64,000 nucleotides of DNA. It comes from a plasmid. Under the pieces are notes generated by a model. That model searched no databases. It was given only the letters and a program-made list of their open reading frames with translations, and was not told where the DNA came from. Shown piece by piece: positions 28,259 to 43,189 of this stretch. Location: the sequence record NZ_CP090684.1; one strand, given 5' to 3'. The translations under genes were made by a program, and so were the position numbers. The first letter of the stretch is position 1. The number at the start of each line of letters is the position of its first letter.

Positions 28259-28480
28259 CTATCGCGCCGTTGCCTTCAGCGGCATTCCTGTGCGCCTACG
28301 ACGCAATACGGTTTCGCCGACGGCGCTTGCTAGTGCAATCGCTAGGCTGGCGCACGTCGCCGCGAACCACGCGGGCACATCGAGCGGAAACGACCAAAGC
28401 ACGCCGACGCAGAAGACCGATCCGCCAAGAGCGAGGATCGTTGTGTATTTCAGGACTGAGATCGCGCGGTCGAGGTTCAT
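28259..28480 (-). CDS. Hypothetical membrane protein (73 aa)
   Basis: Hydrophobic ORF. Confidence 0.3.
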   Translation of the reverse strand: MNLDRAISVLKYTTILALGGSVFCVGVLWSFPLDVPAWFAATCASLAIALASAVGETVLRRRRTGMPLKATAR

Positions 28481-28526
28481 TGTCTTCCTTCCCGGGTTAT
28501 CGGTAAGCGTGCGTCGATCATGAAGG

Positions 28527-28781
28527 TCAATATAGCCTCTTTTTTCGTTGCGCGCAACGCTTACTAAGATCGATCAATGCTGCTTCGATCGCGGCTCTGT
28601 CCGTCCCAAAATGCCCGGACAGCGCAGCCAGCGCGGCTGTTGCCTCGGGCGACAGGCGGGTGCGATTCAAGATCCGCCCCCCCGACGCCTTTAGTGCCTC
28701 ATCTAAGGCGTTGACGCGCTGAGTAGCAGTCTTCGCTTCGCGGGTCGGCGGACGGCCTCTGGGGCGCTTTGCTTCAGTCAT
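28527..28781 (-). CDS. Small basic putative DNA-binding protein (84 aa) with an AT-hook-like RPRGRPP
   Basis: Internal start MTEAKRPRGRPP. The longer ORF was rejected. Confidence 0.35.
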   Translation of the reverse strand: MTEAKRPRGRPPTREAKTATQRVNALDEALKASGGRILNRTRLSPEATAALAALSGHFGTDRAAIEAALIDLSKRCAQRKKRLY

Positions 28782-29111
28782 TGGTCCCACCAAAATAGAA
28801 TGAGAGCGGCCTCGTGTGCGGCATGAGGCATGTCTTGGTGCAATATAACATTGCGCGCAACGGTTGCATCGATAGATGAACGCAGCGTTGTTTCTGCTGC
28901 GCATCTATGCTCGTAATGCCTCCACTTCGAAGACTGTTACGAGGAAGTCCGTCTGACGCCCGGTATGGGCGTTCGTACCCCGGAAATACGCGATTCCTCG
29001 GAAAACCGGCGCAGCGATCCGGTCGACGCTTGCCAACTGCATCGCGCGATATTCGCCGCCGTTTCAGTGCCCGCTGTTCTCGGCTACCATCCTGCGGTTT
29101 TCCAACAGACG

Positions 29112-29444
29112 ATGAACGACATGTTGACGGATATCGAGGCTCTTCAGGCCCAATTGCGTGAAGTGAACGCCCGACTCGCGGAGGTGAAGCGCGACGAGAA
29201 GCGTGCCGCACTGGACGCCATTCGCGAGCAGGTCGCGCTATACGGCATCTCCGAGGAGGAGCTTTTGCTGGCTGCAGGCTTTCGTAAGCCGCGTAAGCGC
29301 CGCACTTCGGCGAAATACTACGACCCGTCGACGGGTAAGGAATGGTCCGGATTCGGCCCTCGTCCGAAATGGCTGGTCGGGAAGAACCTCGACGACTATC
29401 GGATAGATCGCGCCCCGAAGCCGTGGTGGCCCGGCGAGTCGTAA
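29112..29444 (+). CDS. H-NS-family nucleoid-associated protein (110 aa)
   Basis: N-terminal coiled coil. C-terminal segment KYYDPSTGKEWSGFGPRPKW is an H-NS DNA-binding motif variant. Confidence 0.7.
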   Translation: MNDMLTDIEALQAQLREVNARLAEVKRDEKRAALDAIREQVALYGISEEELLLAAGFRKPRKRRTSAKYYDPSTGKEWSGFGPRPKWLVGKNLDDYRIDRAPKPWWPGES

Positions 29445-29578
29445 TACGCGGCGCCACGTCAAACGTCACACTGTCCAGACCGATTCTCTCGTGCGGTGGG
29501 ACGCTCAGCGTCCGGTGTTTATCGTGATCCGCGACTTGCTGTAACCTGCCTTTATGCCGCAGCTGACTGGAGACGTCG

Positions 29579-30373
29579 ATGTGCTATTCCGCCAAGGTCG
29601 AAGCTAACTACCGCGAATACGTGCGCCGCTACGGCGCCGACATGGACATCGAGTCATTCAGGCGCCTGTATTTTGCGCGTGCAGCGTCCGGCGACATCAA
29701 GATCCCGAAAGCGGTCGACGCGGCGCTTGCAGCAGCTGGAGACGACGAGATTTCGGCCGCGATCTTCGCGTATCGCACTCACCGTGCCAGCGAGCTTGAA
29801 TCCGAGCTCTTTAAGCAGCGGACACGGCTTGCGGCCGCGGAGAAAAAGCTGGCGGCGAAGGTCACCAAGGCCGCCAGCGAGGACGTTCGAATCGCCACCG
29901 ACAAGATCGAAGCGGCGATGCGCGGCCTCGAGGATCTTCGTCGGACCGACCTGCAGGAGCGCGATTCCCGAATTTTCCCTGGTTGGTATGCGCCCGTGTT
30001 GATTGAGCTCGATGGGAAGCGCGTGATTGTTCCGATGCGCTATCGGTGCCGACTGCCTGGATGGACGGAGCGCGATGAGAGGCAAAAGCCCGGCACCTAC
30101 AATGCGCGCGTCGATTCGTTGTCGACGGCGTGGCGCAAGGTGTTCGGGTTCTCGCATGGGCTAATGCTGGTCGACGCATTCTTCGAGAACGTGAAGCGCG
30201 ACGAGCGGAACGTCGTGCTGCGCTTTGATCCGACGCCCCGGCAGCACATGCAGGTCGCTTGCTTGTGGACGCGCACCGAAATCCCTGGCTCGGACGATCT
30301 CTGGTCGTTTGCGGCGATCACTGACGATCCGCCGCCGGAAGTCGCCGCGGCCGGACACGACCGATGCATCTGA
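29579..30373 (+). CDS. SRAP/YedK-like (DUF159) abasic-site processing protein, divergent variant
   Basis: Starts MCYS, so Cys2 is conserved, and ends HDRCI where canonical SRAP has HDRMP. Length 264 aa. Confidence 0.55.
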   Translation: MCYSAKVEANYREYVRRYGADMDIESFRRLYFARAASGDIKIPKAVDAALAAAGDDEISAAIFAYRTHRASELESELFKQRTRLAAAEKKLAAKVTKAASEDVRIATDKIEAAMRGLEDLRRTDLQERDSRIFPGWYAPVLIELDGKRVIVPMRYRCRLPGWTERDERQKPGTYNARVDSLSTAWRKVFGFSHGLMLVDAFFENVKRDERNVVLRFDPTPRQHMQVACLWTRTEIPGSDDLWSFAAITDDPPPEVAAAGHDRCI

Positions 30374-30649
30374 ATACTATTAGCCGTTAGACGATCGTAA
30401 CTCGTTGATTGAATGTGGATTTTGACAACGAATAGTTTGCCGCGCGCCGGCCACGTTAATACGATTCAATAATCGTCAGCTATCCTCCGACTGAGTTTCC
30501 AGCCATTGTCAAATGCCACGATCCTGAAGTCCCTTCCGGGTATTCGATCCCTAATTCGCCGTTGGACGAGTTCGCTGCCGCTTCCGGCATGACGGAATCG
30601 TGTATCGCTACCTGGCTTCAGCCCTACCCGCCTGCCACACGCCAACCGC

Positions 30650-31384
30650 TTGGACTCCATGACACCGACTGCAAAGCTCGCCTTGCTCACGTTACCGCCC
30701 GTGCTGGCGGCCTGTTTCGGCGCCCTCGCGGCCGCTTGGCGAGCGCCGGGCCCGAAAACGTCGAGCGTGATCCAGCATTTCACGGGCGGCATCGTGTTCG
30801 CGGCCGCCGCGCTTGAACTGCTGCCCCAAGACCGTGCGCATGCGTTGATTCCGGTCGTCGTCGGTTTCGTGCTCGGGATCGCACTGATGCTCGCGATCAG
30901 CGAGCTATCCGGATCGATCGAAACGCGCTTCGAGACAGCGCGGCTGCCGGTGAGCCTGATCATCATCACCGCGATCGACCTCGTCGTTGACGGCCTGGTG
31001 CTCGGCATTGCCTTTTCCGCGAGCGACGAAAGCGGCATCATCCTGACCGTCGCACTGACGCTCGAGGTGTTGTTCCTCGCCCTTTCGGTCAGCGCGGCGC
31101 TGGCCGCGGCTGGCATCGGCCGCTTGCTGTCGATCGTCGTTCCGGTCGCGCTCGCGGCCCTGCTGAGCGTCGCGGCCGTTGTCGGCAATGCGGCGTTCGC
31201 CGGGCTGCCGGCGAATATCTATGCAGCGCTGCTGGGGCTGGGCACCGTCGCTCTGTTGTACCTCGTCACTGAGGAACTGCTGGTCGAAGCGCACGAAGTG
31301 CCCGAATCGCCGTTCGCGACGGCTTCGTTCTTCATCGGCTTCATCGTGTTCTTCCTGATCGAAGGATCGGTGAAAGTCGGATGA
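30650..31384 (+). CDS. zupT: ZIP-family metal (Zn/Fe) permease, ZupT-like
   Basis: Eight hydrophobic helices. HEVPE motif in a C-terminal helix. Confidence 0.7.
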   Translation: MDSMTPTAKLALLTLPPVLAACFGALAAAWRAPGPKTSSVIQHFTGGIVFAAAALELLPQDRAHALIPVVVGFVLGIALMLAISELSGSIETRFETARLPVSLIIITAIDLVVDGLVLGIAFSASDESGIILTVALTLEVLFLALSVSAALAAAGIGRLLSIVVPVALAALLSVAAVVGNAAFAGLPANIYAALLGLGTVALLYLVTEELLVEAHEVPESPFATASFFIGFIVFFLIEGSVKVG

Positions 31385-31406
31385 ACCGGGCGTAACGGCG
31401 CGGCGG

Positions 31407-31910
31407 TTACCAGGTCGTCGCGCCAGTCGGATAGGTATCGACGATCCGCGTGCCGTTGACCGGCGTGACACCCTCGTCGCGTAACGCGGTCCAGAGATCG
31501 ATTGCATGTTCGCGCGACTTGCGGCTGCCGTCGTCGGCCAGCACGTTCAGCGCGATCACTTCGTCGCGTGTGGTCAGCTGCAGTTGCTCCTTCAGCTTGC
31601 GTGACTGATGCGACGCGGTGCGAACGTCGCCGAGCATGATCCGCGTCTCCGCGACCGCCGAATCGTCTCCGGTATCGGCCGGCACGAACGTCAACCAGCC
31701 GTTGTCGACTTCGCATAGCCCGCGCGCAAACCTCGCGGTCCACGCGCCGGCTGGCACGACCGCGAATTCGCAAAGCATCCGCTCGTTCGCGCGGCTGCCG
31801 ACGTCGTGGGCCGGCGCGTGCGACAGCGCACGTTCCGGCCAGCCTGCCGCCGTCGCGGCCGTCGACATCAGGCACGCCGCCAGCACGATTCCTTTCACGA
31901 TATTTCGCAT
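31407..31910 (-). CDS. Hypothetical secreted protein (167 aa)
   Basis: Signal peptide MRNIVKGIVLAACLMSTAATAAG. Confidence 0.5.
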   Translation of the reverse strand: MRNIVKGIVLAACLMSTAATAAGWPERALSHAPAHDVGSRANERMLCEFAVVPAGAWTARFARGLCEVDNGWLTFVPADTGDDSAVAETRIMLGDVRTASHQSRKLKEQLQLTTRDEVIALNVLADDGSRKSREHAIDLWTALRDEGVTPVNGTRIVDTYPTGATTW

Positions 31911-31936
31911 CGCCCCTCCTTTTCTTGAATCAACGA

Positions 31937-32212
31937 TCAAAGCACCGCGAAGCGGTTGTCGTGCGCGTCGACCATCGGCATCTTCTCGCCTCGATGAACG
32001 GTCGAGCGATGAACCTCCTGATTTCGCGCGACGGCGGCCGGACTCGCCGGATAGTCGTGATTCGGGCTCGGGATCACGCCGTCGTGGCGCGCACGCACGA
32101 GTTCCTGAAACACTTCCTGGCGGCTCTTCGGCTGCGCGGCCACGGCCTGCGAGAAGGCGGCAATCGACAGCGCGACGGCGGCAATGCCGATCAGCGGACG
32201 CGGAATGTTCAT
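31937..32212 (-). CDS. DUF4148-family small secreted protein
   Basis: Signal peptide plus ...SRQEVFQELVRARHDGVIPSPNHDYP, the characteristic Burkholderia DUF4148 motif. Confidence 0.6.
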   Translation of the reverse strand: MNIPRPLIGIAAVALSIAAFSQAVAAQPKSRQEVFQELVRARHDGVIPSPNHDYPASPAAVARNQEVHRSTVHRGEKMPMVDAHDNRFAVL

Positions 32213-32528
32213 GGGGTGGGCTCCTTACTGGAATTCCGTGACAGGAGCCGTCACTTTGATCCCGCGGCGGTGCGGATGCGTGACCGCTTCATGACGCTTT
32301 CGTCACCGTCCGCGCATCTTGTACATCGCAGTACGAATCGAAATCACCGCATGTTTCCGCACGCATGACACCGCGATGACATTTTTCTCATTTGTCCATC
32401 ACCTCCACGATCCGAACGCTTTCCAGAATCGCCACCGCAATCGCGATATTCCGGCCCGTCGCGACACAAGTTCGGCGCCGGCATCGAACGATGCACGAAA
32501 CGATCACCTTCAACTTCAGGAACACACC

Positions 32529-33689
32529 ATGAATAATCCGGTTCGACTCGTCATGATGTCGGGAGCGCTGCTGACGACCGCGCATGCTGCGCATGCCACG
32601 GAAGTGATGCTCTACGGCTTGTTCGATACTTCGCTTACGTATGTGTGGAATGCCGATGCGCAAGGCAAGAACCTCGTCGGCCTCGGTAACGGCAACCTGC
32701 TCGGCAACCGCTTCGGCGTGAAAGGCGCGGAGGATCTCGGCGGCGGGCTGAAGGCGATCTTCACGCTGGAAAACGGCTTCAACCCAAACACCGGCGCGCT
32801 CGGGCAAGGCAACCGGATGTTCGGCCGGCAGGCGTTCGTCGGGCTGGAAAGCGCGCGCTGGGGGACGCTGACGATCGGCCGCCAGTACGATGCGCTCGCC
32901 GATGTCGCATGGCCGATCACCGGCGATTTCTACTTCGGCAGCGTGTACGCGACGCCCGGCGACGTCGACAACTACGACACGTCGTCGCGCACCGACAACG
33001 CGGTGAAGTACACGTCACCCGTGGTCGGCGGCTTCCAGTTCGTCGGCATGTACGCGCTTGGCGGCGTAGCCGGCAAGAGCGGCGCCGGGCAAACCTGGTC
33101 GGCCGGCCTGTCGTACAGCAACGGCCCGTTCGACGCGGCAGGCGGCTACTACTACGCGGCCAACCGTTCATCGCTCGCCAATGGCATCCGGACCGGGTGG
33201 AACGGCACATCGGACGGCACATTCGACGGGTCGCTCGTCAACGGTGGCTATATCTCCGCGAAATCGATCGGCATCGCGCGCGGTGCGTTGCGCTACACCT
33301 TCGCGCCGTTCACGGTCGGCATCGACTACAGCAATGCGCAGTACAAGGCCGATGCGACGTCGGCCTTTCGCGGCACGCAGAAGTACGACACCGCGCGCGG
33401 ATTCTTCAACTATCAGACAACAGCCAGCCTGCTCGTCGGCGTCGGTTACAGCTACACGAAGGCGCGCGGCGATACGAGCGCGACCTACCATCAGGTGTCC
33501 GCCGGCGCCGACTACGTGCTGTCAAAGCGCACCGATCTCTATGCAGTCGGCGCGTGGCAGCGCGCGAATGGCGAACAGCGCACGCTCGACGGCGGCACGC
33601 AGCCAGCGCAAGCGTCGATCGGTTCCTACGGCTACGGTGGTACGCGCACGCAGGGCATCATCAATCTCGGATTGCGCCACCGGTTCTGA
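32529..33689 (+). CDS. Outer-membrane porin (Omp38/OpcP-like general porin)
   Basis: Signal peptide. Gly/Tyr-rich beta-strand periodicity. C-terminal ...GLRHRF ending in Phe. Confidence 0.8.
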   Translation: MNNPVRLVMMSGALLTTAHAAHATEVMLYGLFDTSLTYVWNADAQGKNLVGLGNGNLLGNRFGVKGAEDLGGGLKAIFTLENGFNPNTGALGQGNRMFGRQAFVGLESARWGTLTIGRQYDALADVAWPITGDFYFGSVYATPGDVDNYDTSSRTDNAVKYTSPVVGGFQFVGMYALGGVAGKSGAGQTWSAGLSYSNGPFDAAGGYYYAANRSSLANGIRTGWNGTSDGTFDGSLVNGGYISAKSIGIARGALRYTFAPFTVGIDYSNAQYKADATSAFRGTQKYDTARGFFNYQTTASLLVGVGYSYTKARGDTSATYHQVSAGADYVLSKRTDLYAVGAWQRANGEQRTLDGGTQPAQASIGSYGYGGTRTQGIINLGLRHRF

Positions 33690-34411
33690 ATCACGGCGAT
33701 CAACCATGCGGGCCGTGTGACGAAAATTTCATGTTCCGATCAACTTCGCGATGTGTCGTGGCGCTACGATCGGAACGGTGGCGGGCCCTGCCCGCTCCCA
33801 TCCACGCAGCGGGTCGCTGCCACACGGCACGATCACGCATTGGGCCCGGACTCATCGAGTACCGGGCTTTTTTTTGGGCGTTCGACGATCACGGCCTGGA
33901 ATTAGACTGCGGGAACAGGCATGGATGCGTCTTAACATGCATGTTCGGATTACCGCAGCGATGCCCGGCGTAGTCTACCTGCTCGCCCGGCATCAGATTG
34001 GCCGGTGCCGCCTTGCGGGCGGCGGCAGTGGTATCGGAACGAGTCGATACGCAGCCCGCGTACAACGGGACGGTCAGGGCTGCGATCAAGGCGAGGCGAA
34101 TGGCGGGACGAGGCAATTTCCGGTCCGGAATGAAGGTCTGAACGACGCCGCCCGCGATCGATGCGGCTGTCGCGATCGGCACGAATGCCGCCGGCGCATC
34201 GGCCAACGGCGGGCTTCATGTTCCGCTTCCCGCTCATCGCATCCGTGACGCGAACATGACGATTGCGTCATATCGACCGAGTCCGTCCAGTACATCCCGC
34301 ACCTCGCAATCTGACGCATTTTTCATCTCGCTATCACGATCACGCACGGCTGCTTTCGCATACTGGGTCCATGGTTCGCCACCCGGCGGCCCTGATCAAG
34401 GAGAGCACTCG

Positions 34412-34696
34412 ATGAAAACGGCAAAACTCGCAGCACTGTTCGTCACCGCCACGCTGTCGCTCGGCATGGCCACGCAGGCCGCGTTCGCCCAAACGCAAAC
34501 GCAGGGCAAGTCCCGCACGCAGGTGATCAACGAACTGAAGCAGGCGCAGCACGACGGCATCGTGCCGATCAACAAGACGCAGTACCCGCCGACCGCCGAG
34601 GTCGTCGCGCGCAACAAGGAACTGCACGGGATTTCGGTCCATGGCGGCGAGAAGAAGCCGCAGACCGACAACCACGACGCCCTCGCCGCGAAGTAA
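34412..34696 (+). CDS. DUF4148-family small secreted protein
   Basis: Contains KSRTQVINELKQAQHDGIVPINKTQYPP. Confidence 0.6.
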   Translation: MKTAKLAALFVTATLSLGMATQAAFAQTQTQGKSRTQVINELKQAQHDGIVPINKTQYPPTAEVVARNKELHGISVHGGEKKPQTDNHDALAAK

Positions 34697-34778
34697 TGAA
34701 CCGCAGCCACACGGCCGCCGGCGACGCGCCGCGCGAGGCCGCCTTGCGGCGAACGCGCGGGAGTGTCCGCCCGCGCTG

Positions 34779-36181
34779 TCAGGTGCTGATGGCGGCCGGC
34801 CGTCGCGGAAAGCGCAGCCAGAAGGTCGTGCGGCGGCCCGGCTCGCTGTCGACGCCGCATTCGCCGCCGTGATTGTCCATGATAGACCGGACGATCGCGA
34901 GGCCGAGCCCCGTGCCCGACGCCGAATTGTGGCGCGACGGATCGACGCGATAAAAACGCTCGAAAATCCGCCCGACGTGCTCCGCCGCGATGCCGGGCCC
35001 CGTATCCGACACGGCGATCGTCGTCGCACCGCCCTGCTCGACGCAATCGATCGTCACGACGCTGCCGCGCGGCGCATAGGTCAGCGCATTCGACAGCAGG
35101 TTGCTCAACGCGCGCTGGTACAGCGTCAGGTCCGCATCGACCCACGCATGGCCGTCGACCTTCACCGTCACGCCCGCGTCTTCCGCAAGCGGCTCGTAGT
35201 AGCCGGCCACCCGCTCCGCCTCCTCCGCCGCGTTCAGGCGCCGCACATCGATCGACGTGCCGGCCTGCTCCGAACGCGCGAGAAACAGCATGTCCTCGAT
35301 CATTCGCGACAGCCGCTGGTATTCGTCGATGCTCGACTCGATCACGCTCCGGTATTCGTCCGCGCTGCGCGGTTGCGACAGCACGACCTGCGCGGCCGCC
35401 TGCAGGTTCGTCAGCGGCGTGCGCATGTCGTGCGCAAGATTCGACGAGAACTGGCTCAGCCGCGTGAACGATTCGTTCAGCCGCGCGAGCATCCCGTTGA
35501 ACGCATGCTCGAGCTCCTTCAGCTCGCCGGACGTATCGAGTTCCGGCAGCGGATGCGCGAGCCGGCTCGACGACATCTGCTCCGCGCGCGCCGCGAACCG
35601 CCGCAGCGGGCTCAGCCCGAGCGCGGCGATGCCGTATGCGATCGCGGCCGCAAGCACCACGCCGAACACCTCGATCACGACGATCGTATAGGCATGCGTG
35701 CGCAGCAGCAGCACGTCGGCGCTGCGATCGTACTGCACGGCGACGCGCACCACCGGCGCACCCGCGCCGGCGAGCGGCACGGTCGTCAGCAGATACTGGT
35801 GTCTTGCGCCGGGCGGGGCGATGCCGACCGGCACGCGCCCGGCGTTCGTCAACATCAGCGGCGCGTACGGACGGAAGCCGGGCGTGCCGACGAGGCGCGT
35901 ACCGGCGGCATCGAAGATCGCGAGATCCATGTTCGGATGACCGTGCAACTGGTCGATCCAGATATCGGTGTTGCGCGCGACGTCGGCCGTCGTGCGCGCC
36001 TCGGCCAGGTGTGCGCCCAATGCGGCGGAAATACCGGCCATCTGCTCGGCTGCCGTCGTTTCGACACGGTTGCTCAGCGCTTCGTACAATGCGACGCCGC
36101 TCGACGCGAGGATCACCGACGTCGACAGGATGATCAGCGCGGTCAGCCGGCCGCGCAGCGTCCGCGGCAGCAGGCGCGCGA

Positions 36182-36185
<4 letters not shown>
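34779..36185 (-). CDS. czcS: Heavy-metal sensor histidine kinase
   Basis: Two TM segments. H-box [12 protein letters not shown]. HATPase motifs. ATGA overlap with czcR. Confidence 0.8.
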
Positions 36186-40110
<3,925 letters not shown>

Positions 40111-40205
40111 TCACCGGACGGGCCGCGCGGCCGGTCACCCGGCCGACCGGAAAGCAGGCCGCATAGCGGGCCGCCAGTCGCGCCACGGCGCACGCGTATT
40201 GCTGC

Positions 40206-41681
40206 TCATTCATGTTCCGCGCTCCCCTTGCCGAGCTCCGCCTTCAGCACGAAGCTGTTCGACGCCGCGTATTCCTGGCCGGGCTGGAGCCCCTTCAGCA
40301 CTTCCGTCGCGCGTTCGTCGCGCCGCCCCGTTTCGACGGCCTGCGCGACGAAGCCCTTCGGCGAGCGCACGAACACCGACGGCGCACCGTCGACGTCCTG
40401 CAGCGCGTCGCTCGCGACCGCGATCGGCACGCCCTGCCTGCCCGCGTCGACCGACACGTTCACGAACATTCCCGGGCGCCACACGCGATCCGGGTTCGGC
40501 AGCACGACACGCGCCGGCGCGGTGCGCGTCTGCTCGCCGAGCAGCGACCCCACGTAAGCGATCGGGCCGCTCGAACGCGATTCGAACGCGGTCGCGCTCA
40601 CCGTGGCATCGCGACCGACGCGCACGTCGTTGAGCCGCTGCGCGGGCACCGCCATCTCGGCCCACACGGTCGACAGGTCGGAGATCACGAACATGCTCGC
40701 GTCGGCGGCAATCGCCTCGCCGGGTGTCGCATGCTTCTCGACGATCGTGCCCGCGAACGGCGCGCGCAGTTCATAACGGTTCAGCGCACCCGCGCCGACC
40801 GGCGCATTCAGCGCGGCGAGCTTCTGCCGCGCGTTCTGCACGGCGATCTCGGCCTCGCGCAACTGCACCTGCGCCTGCTGGTAATCCTGCTCGGCAGAAA
40901 TACGCTCCTGCCACAGCGTGCGTTCGCGTTCGTAGGTTGCGCGCGCCCCCGCCAGACGGCGCTCGGCCGTCAGCAGCTCGCTGCGGCGGTCGGCCAGATC
41001 GGTGCTCGCGATCACCGCGAGCACCTGCCCTTTCGCGACGTTCTGGCCGAGCGACACCGACACCTGCTCGACGATGCCGGCCACGCGCGGCACCACGTGC
41101 GCGGTGCGATCCTCGTTGAACTTGATCTCGCCCGGCAACTGGAACGGCGTCGCGATCTGCGCGGGGCCGGCTTTCGCGAGCGCGATCCTCGACGTCGCCA
41201 GTTGTGCGTCGGTCAGCGCGATCGCACCGTCGGCGCGCGCGAACGGGAACGACGCGGCGTCGTTGCCGGACTTCACGTCGATCGTCGCATCGAACACGTG
41301 TGGTTTCGCGATCGACTGCGCGGACACGAACTTTTGGCCGGCCGCGTCGAATCGCAACGGTTCGTGCGTGCGATCGTAGCGCACCAGCGTGCCGGACACG
41401 GTCACGCCCTGGGTCGCCGGCTTGTCGTCGACGAACGGATAGACGACGAGCCGCGCGTCGCCGGGCTTTTCCGTCATCACGATCTCGACCGACAGCTTGC
41501 CGCGCTTGAGCACGACACCGCCGCGCGCGCCGACGCCGGCGGCGTCGGTCGGCTGCGCGGTTTCGGCGGCGGTCGGCGCCGACGCGCCGCTGCCGCCCCG
41601 CGTGACGGCGAGCGCGCCAATCACGATCCCTGCGCCGCCGAGCACGGCCGCCGCAATAACGAAGATTCTGCTGCGTGACAT
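40206..41681 (-). CDS. czcB: Membrane fusion protein of the czc efflux system
   Basis: ATG at 41681 with a GGAGGA RBS. Single TM helix followed by periplasmic MFP domains. Confidence 0.8.
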   Translation of the reverse strand: MSRSRIFVIAAAVLGGAGIVIGALAVTRGGSGASAPTAAETAQPTDAAGVGARGGVVLKRGKLSVEIVMTEKPGDARLVVYPFVDDKPATQGVTVSGTLVRYDRTHEPLRFDAAGQKFVSAQSIAKPHVFDATIDVKSGNDAASFPFARADGAIALTDAQLATSRIALAKAGPAQIATPFQLPGEIKFNEDRTAHVVPRVAGIVEQVSVSLGQNVAKGQVLAVIASTDLADRRSELLTAERRLAGARATYERERTLWQERISAEQDYQQAQVQLREAEIAVQNARQKLAALNAPVGAGALNRYELRAPFAGTIVEKHATPGEAIAADASMFVISDLSTVWAEMAVPAQRLNDVRVGRDATVSATAFESRSSGPIAYVGSLLGEQTRTAPARVVLPNPDRVWRPGMFVNVSVDAGRQGVPIAVASDALQDVDGAPSVFVRSPKGFVAQAVETGRRDERATEVLKGLQPGQEYAASNSFVLKAELGKGSAEHE

Positions 41682-41706
41682 GATGATCCTCCAGTAAGAG
41701 GCGCGC

Positions 41707-43014
41707 TTATTGCGCGACGGCCGCGAGCGGCGTGCCGACGAGCCGGCCGATATCGGCGCGGGCCGCATGGGCGCCGGCGAGCGCACGGACGTATTGCGAC
41801 TGGCCCTGGAACAGCGTGCGCTGCGCGTCGAGCACGTCGAGGAAGCTGAACTTCCCGAGTTCGTAGCCACGCCACATCGCGTCGAGCGCGAGGCGCGCGG
41901 CCGGCAGGATGTCGGACTTCAGCCGCTGCGCTTCCTGCTCGGCCGCCTCGAAATTCGCGTATGCCTGCGTCAACTCCAGCCGCAGGCGGGTGCGTTCGCG
42001 ATCGAGATCGGCGTTCGCGCGCTCGGCCTTGTGCGTCGCCTCGAGCAGCGCGCCCTTGTTCGTGTTGAACAGCGGAATCGGGATCGACACGCCGACCACC
42101 GCCTGGTTGTTCGGCACGCCGCCGGTGGTCACGCGCTTCACGCCGGCGCTGACCGTCACGTCCGGAATGCGCCGCGCGCGTTCGAGCGATATGGCCGCGT
42201 TCGAGCGCAGCATCTCGGCGCGCGCGACCCGCGCGAGCGGCGCATCGTCGAGTTGCGCGGTCAGCGCGGACAACGGCTCGACCGGCGGCACGGTTTCCAG
42301 GTCGCCGAGCACCGCAAGCCGGTCGTTGCGCGCCTCGCCCATCACCGCGTTCAGTTTCTCGCGCGCGACCTCGACACGGCCGCGCGCGGTCACGACTTCG
42401 ATCTGCACGCCGGCCGCCGCGACCTGCGCCTTGGTCGCCTCGACCGGCGACACCTTGCCGGCCTGCGCGCGACGCCCCGCGAGATCCGCCGAACGCGCGG
42501 CGATCGCGGCCGATTCTTCGGTCACCTGAAGCTGGCGCTGCGCGGCGAGCAGCCCGTAGAACGCGGCGATCACGTCGGCGCGCACGGCGGCGCCCTGCTC
42601 GTCGAGCGACGCGCTGGCCGCCTCCCGGCCGTACGACGCGACGTCGAGCCGTGCGCGGCGCTTGCCGCCCAACTCGATGGTCTGGTTGATCAGCGCGGTG
42701 GACGTGCGTTCGGCGCGACTGAAGCCTTCCTGCAGGAACGACACTTCGGGGTTCGGCCGCGCGCCGGCCTGCATCAGCACGCCGGCCGATGCATCGACAT
42801 CCGCGCGTGCGCCGCGCAGCGCCGGATTGTTCCGGGCCGCGACCGCGAGCGCGTCGGACAACGTCAACGACGACGCAGGAAGCGCATCGGACGGCGGTGC
42901 GCCGATCGGCGCGGCGGCGGCACCCGGGGCCGGCCCCGGCGACAGCGATGGCTGCGCATGAGCCGTCGCGGCCATCGCGAACACGATGGCCAGGGCGAGG
43001 TTGGGTTTGAGCAT
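41707..43014 (-). CDS. czcC: Outer-membrane factor of the czc efflux system
   Basis: Signal peptide MLKPNLALAIVFAMAATAHA. Repeats typical of the outer-membrane efflux protein family. Confidence 0.8.
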   Translation of the reverse strand: MLKPNLALAIVFAMAATAHAQPSLSPGPAPGAAAAPIGAPPSDALPASSLTLSDALAVAARNNPALRGARADVDASAGVLMQAGARPNPEVSFLQEGFSRAERTSTALINQTIELGGKRRARLDVASYGREAASASLDEQGAAVRADVIAAFYGLLAAQRQLQVTEESAAIAARSADLAGRRAQAGKVSPVEATKAQVAAAGVQIEVVTARGRVEVAREKLNAVMGEARNDRLAVLGDLETVPPVEPLSALTAQLDDAPLARVARAEMLRSNAAISLERARRIPDVTVSAGVKRVTTGGVPNNQAVVGVSIPIPLFNTNKGALLEATHKAERANADLDRERTRLRLELTQAYANFEAAEQEAQRLKSDILPAARLALDAMWRGYELGKFSFLDVLDAQRTLFQGQSQYVRALAGAHAARADIGRLVGTPLAAVAQ

Positions 43015-43189
43015 GTTGGTCCTGCGGTAACGGTTTGTGACCGATGCTACGATCACGCCGCAGCGCGAACATGACACGGTGATGACGTTTCCGTCATCTT
43101 GGGAGAGTCAAGAAAGCACTTCGGAAACCCACGGCTGGGGTAAAGGTTGTGTGAAAGTCTCGCTGCCCATCGATCATCAGATCTTTCTC

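Noticed and set aside
30466-31188. 240-aa Ala/Ser/Thr-rich minus-strand ORF
   Set aside because: It is antisense to the ZIP permease gene, which has clear TM and HEVPE features.
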